This document shows positions 45,465 to 46,442 of a stretch of 46,442 bases of DNA, one piece after another. Source of the stretch: a virus. Taxonomy: Duplodnaviria > Caudoviricetes. Made by a program: the position numbers and the translations under genes. The stretch is from IMG/VR virus record IMGVR_UViG_3300033489_000016, positions 1-46,442 of that record; one strand, written 5' to 3'. Position 1 is the stretch's first letter, and each line of letters opens with the position of its first letter. The notes beneath the pieces were generated by a model. That model was not told where the DNA came from, searched no databases, and worked only from the letters and a program-made list of their open reading frames with translations.

Positions 45465-45537
45465 TATACTGGCTTGCGATTGCATGGTGCAGTCGTCAAG
45501 AATCACAGGTAAATCAGGAAAATACACAGGAGTTATT

Positions 45538-46380
45538 ATGCCTAAGGAACCAGGAAGCAATTTACAGAAGTGGGGAACCTACGAGTTGGATACTGCGAAT
45601 CAGGAGGCGCTTGATCTGGCGCACGAATCCGGCAGTGCGAGTTTTATGAAACTGAAGGTGGGTAAGAATATCATTCGAATTTTGCCGCCACTGCCCGAGA
45701 AGAAATCGCCTTTCTTCGTGACCTATCAGCATTACATTCGGACGCCGAACGACGACAAGCCGTTCGCATTCTCCTGCCCGCGCTTGGTGTTGCAAATTAG
45801 ATGTCCGGCGTGTGATGAATGGCAGCGTCTTAGGAAGTCGTCTAATCGTAAAGACCAGGAGCGCTCTAAGGAGTTTTTCCCCAAGCGGCGCGTGTTCTGT
45901 AACGTCATCAACAGGGCTGAGCCCGAAACTGGGCCGATGGTCCTCGCGTTTGGTAAGACGATTCACGAGGAGTTGATCGCGCTGCGACAGGACGAGGATG
46001 CTGGCGGGGATTTTACGCATCCTATAAACGGGATAGATGTCGTTATCGAGCGGACCGGTGTTGGTAAGTTCGATACTGATTATGCAGTGAGGCTGGCCCG
46101 TCGCTCGACGCCTATTTCTGATGACGCTTCTGTTATGGACGCATGGCGGGAGGCGATGCACGATTTGGAATCGTTTGCGAAGTTACCCAGTGATGAAGAA
46201 ATCAAAGCTCGGTTGAACGGTGAGGATTACGAGGACGAAGATAAGCCGCGGGATTCAGGTGCCTCTAGGCGGCGGCCACGCGGGAAGGCACCAGCGCGCG
46301 CTAGCGTAGACGCTGACATTTCCGATGCGGAGTTTACTGAGGTTGATGGCGAAGATCATAACGAAGACTGGGGCGTCTAG
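45538..46380 (+). CDS. gp32-like single-stranded DNA-binding protein
   Basis: AGGAG RBS; NIIRILPP, H...C...CPAC Zn site, G.DVVIERTG.G..TDY; acidic C-terminal tail. Confidence 0.85.
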   Translation: MPKEPGSNLQKWGTYELDTANQEALDLAHESGSASFMKLKVGKNIIRILPPLPEKKSPFFVTYQHYIRTPNDDKPFAFSCPRLVLQIRCPACDEWQRLRKSSNRKDQERSKEFFPKRRVFCNVINRAEPETGPMVLAFGKTIHEELIALRQDEDAGGDFTHPINGIDVVIERTGVGKFDTDYAVRLARRSTPISDDASVMDAWREAMHDLESFAKLPSDEEIKARLNGEDYEDEDKPRDSGASRRRPRGKAPARASVDADISDAEFTEVDGEDHNEDWGV

Positions 46381-46390
46381 CGCGAAGGGG

Positions 46391-46423
46391 ATCGTGTCCT
46401 CGGGTTAATCCCCGGGGACCGAT
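46391..46423 (+). terminator. Hairpin after the SSB gene, possible terminator
   Basis: ATCG-T-GTCCTCGGG-loop-CCCGGGGAC-CGAT; weak U tract. Confidence 0.35.
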
Positions 46424-46442
46424 ACAATTTTATGGGCAAAGA

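Overview
A 46 kb segment of a tailed dsDNA phage or prophage with a contractile tail; the host is not identifiable with confidence. Order: end of the tape measure, tube initiator, LysM, hub and spike genes, and a beta-helix tailspike (1-7561). Then an opposite-strand accessory island that splits the tail operon (7570-13529), baseplate wedge and fibre genes (13621-21530), a lysis-like membrane cluster (21616-23320) and a short reverse operon with an Hjc-like resolvase. These are followed by a DUF6744-like / metallopeptidase-VWA / MoxR-type AAA module with Zn-finger proteins and a sigma-like factor (24800-33244), and a replication module: SF2 helicase, initiator with an internal iteron origin, DnaB, DnaG, UDG-fused family A polymerase, UvsY-like protein and gp32-like SSB. 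Four inteins are visible. The most striking unexplained structure is the reverse-strand array of small genes at 8482-13529. Seven junctions carry the same hairpin, AACC-GGCC-GYGA-GGCC, between the upstream gene end and the next RBS, and three or four junctions also carry a larger conserved stem-loop with UUCG/GNRA loops on the sense strand. This looks like a gene-cassette array delimited by structured-RNA elements. All family assignments come from motif recognition by eye; no database search was run.
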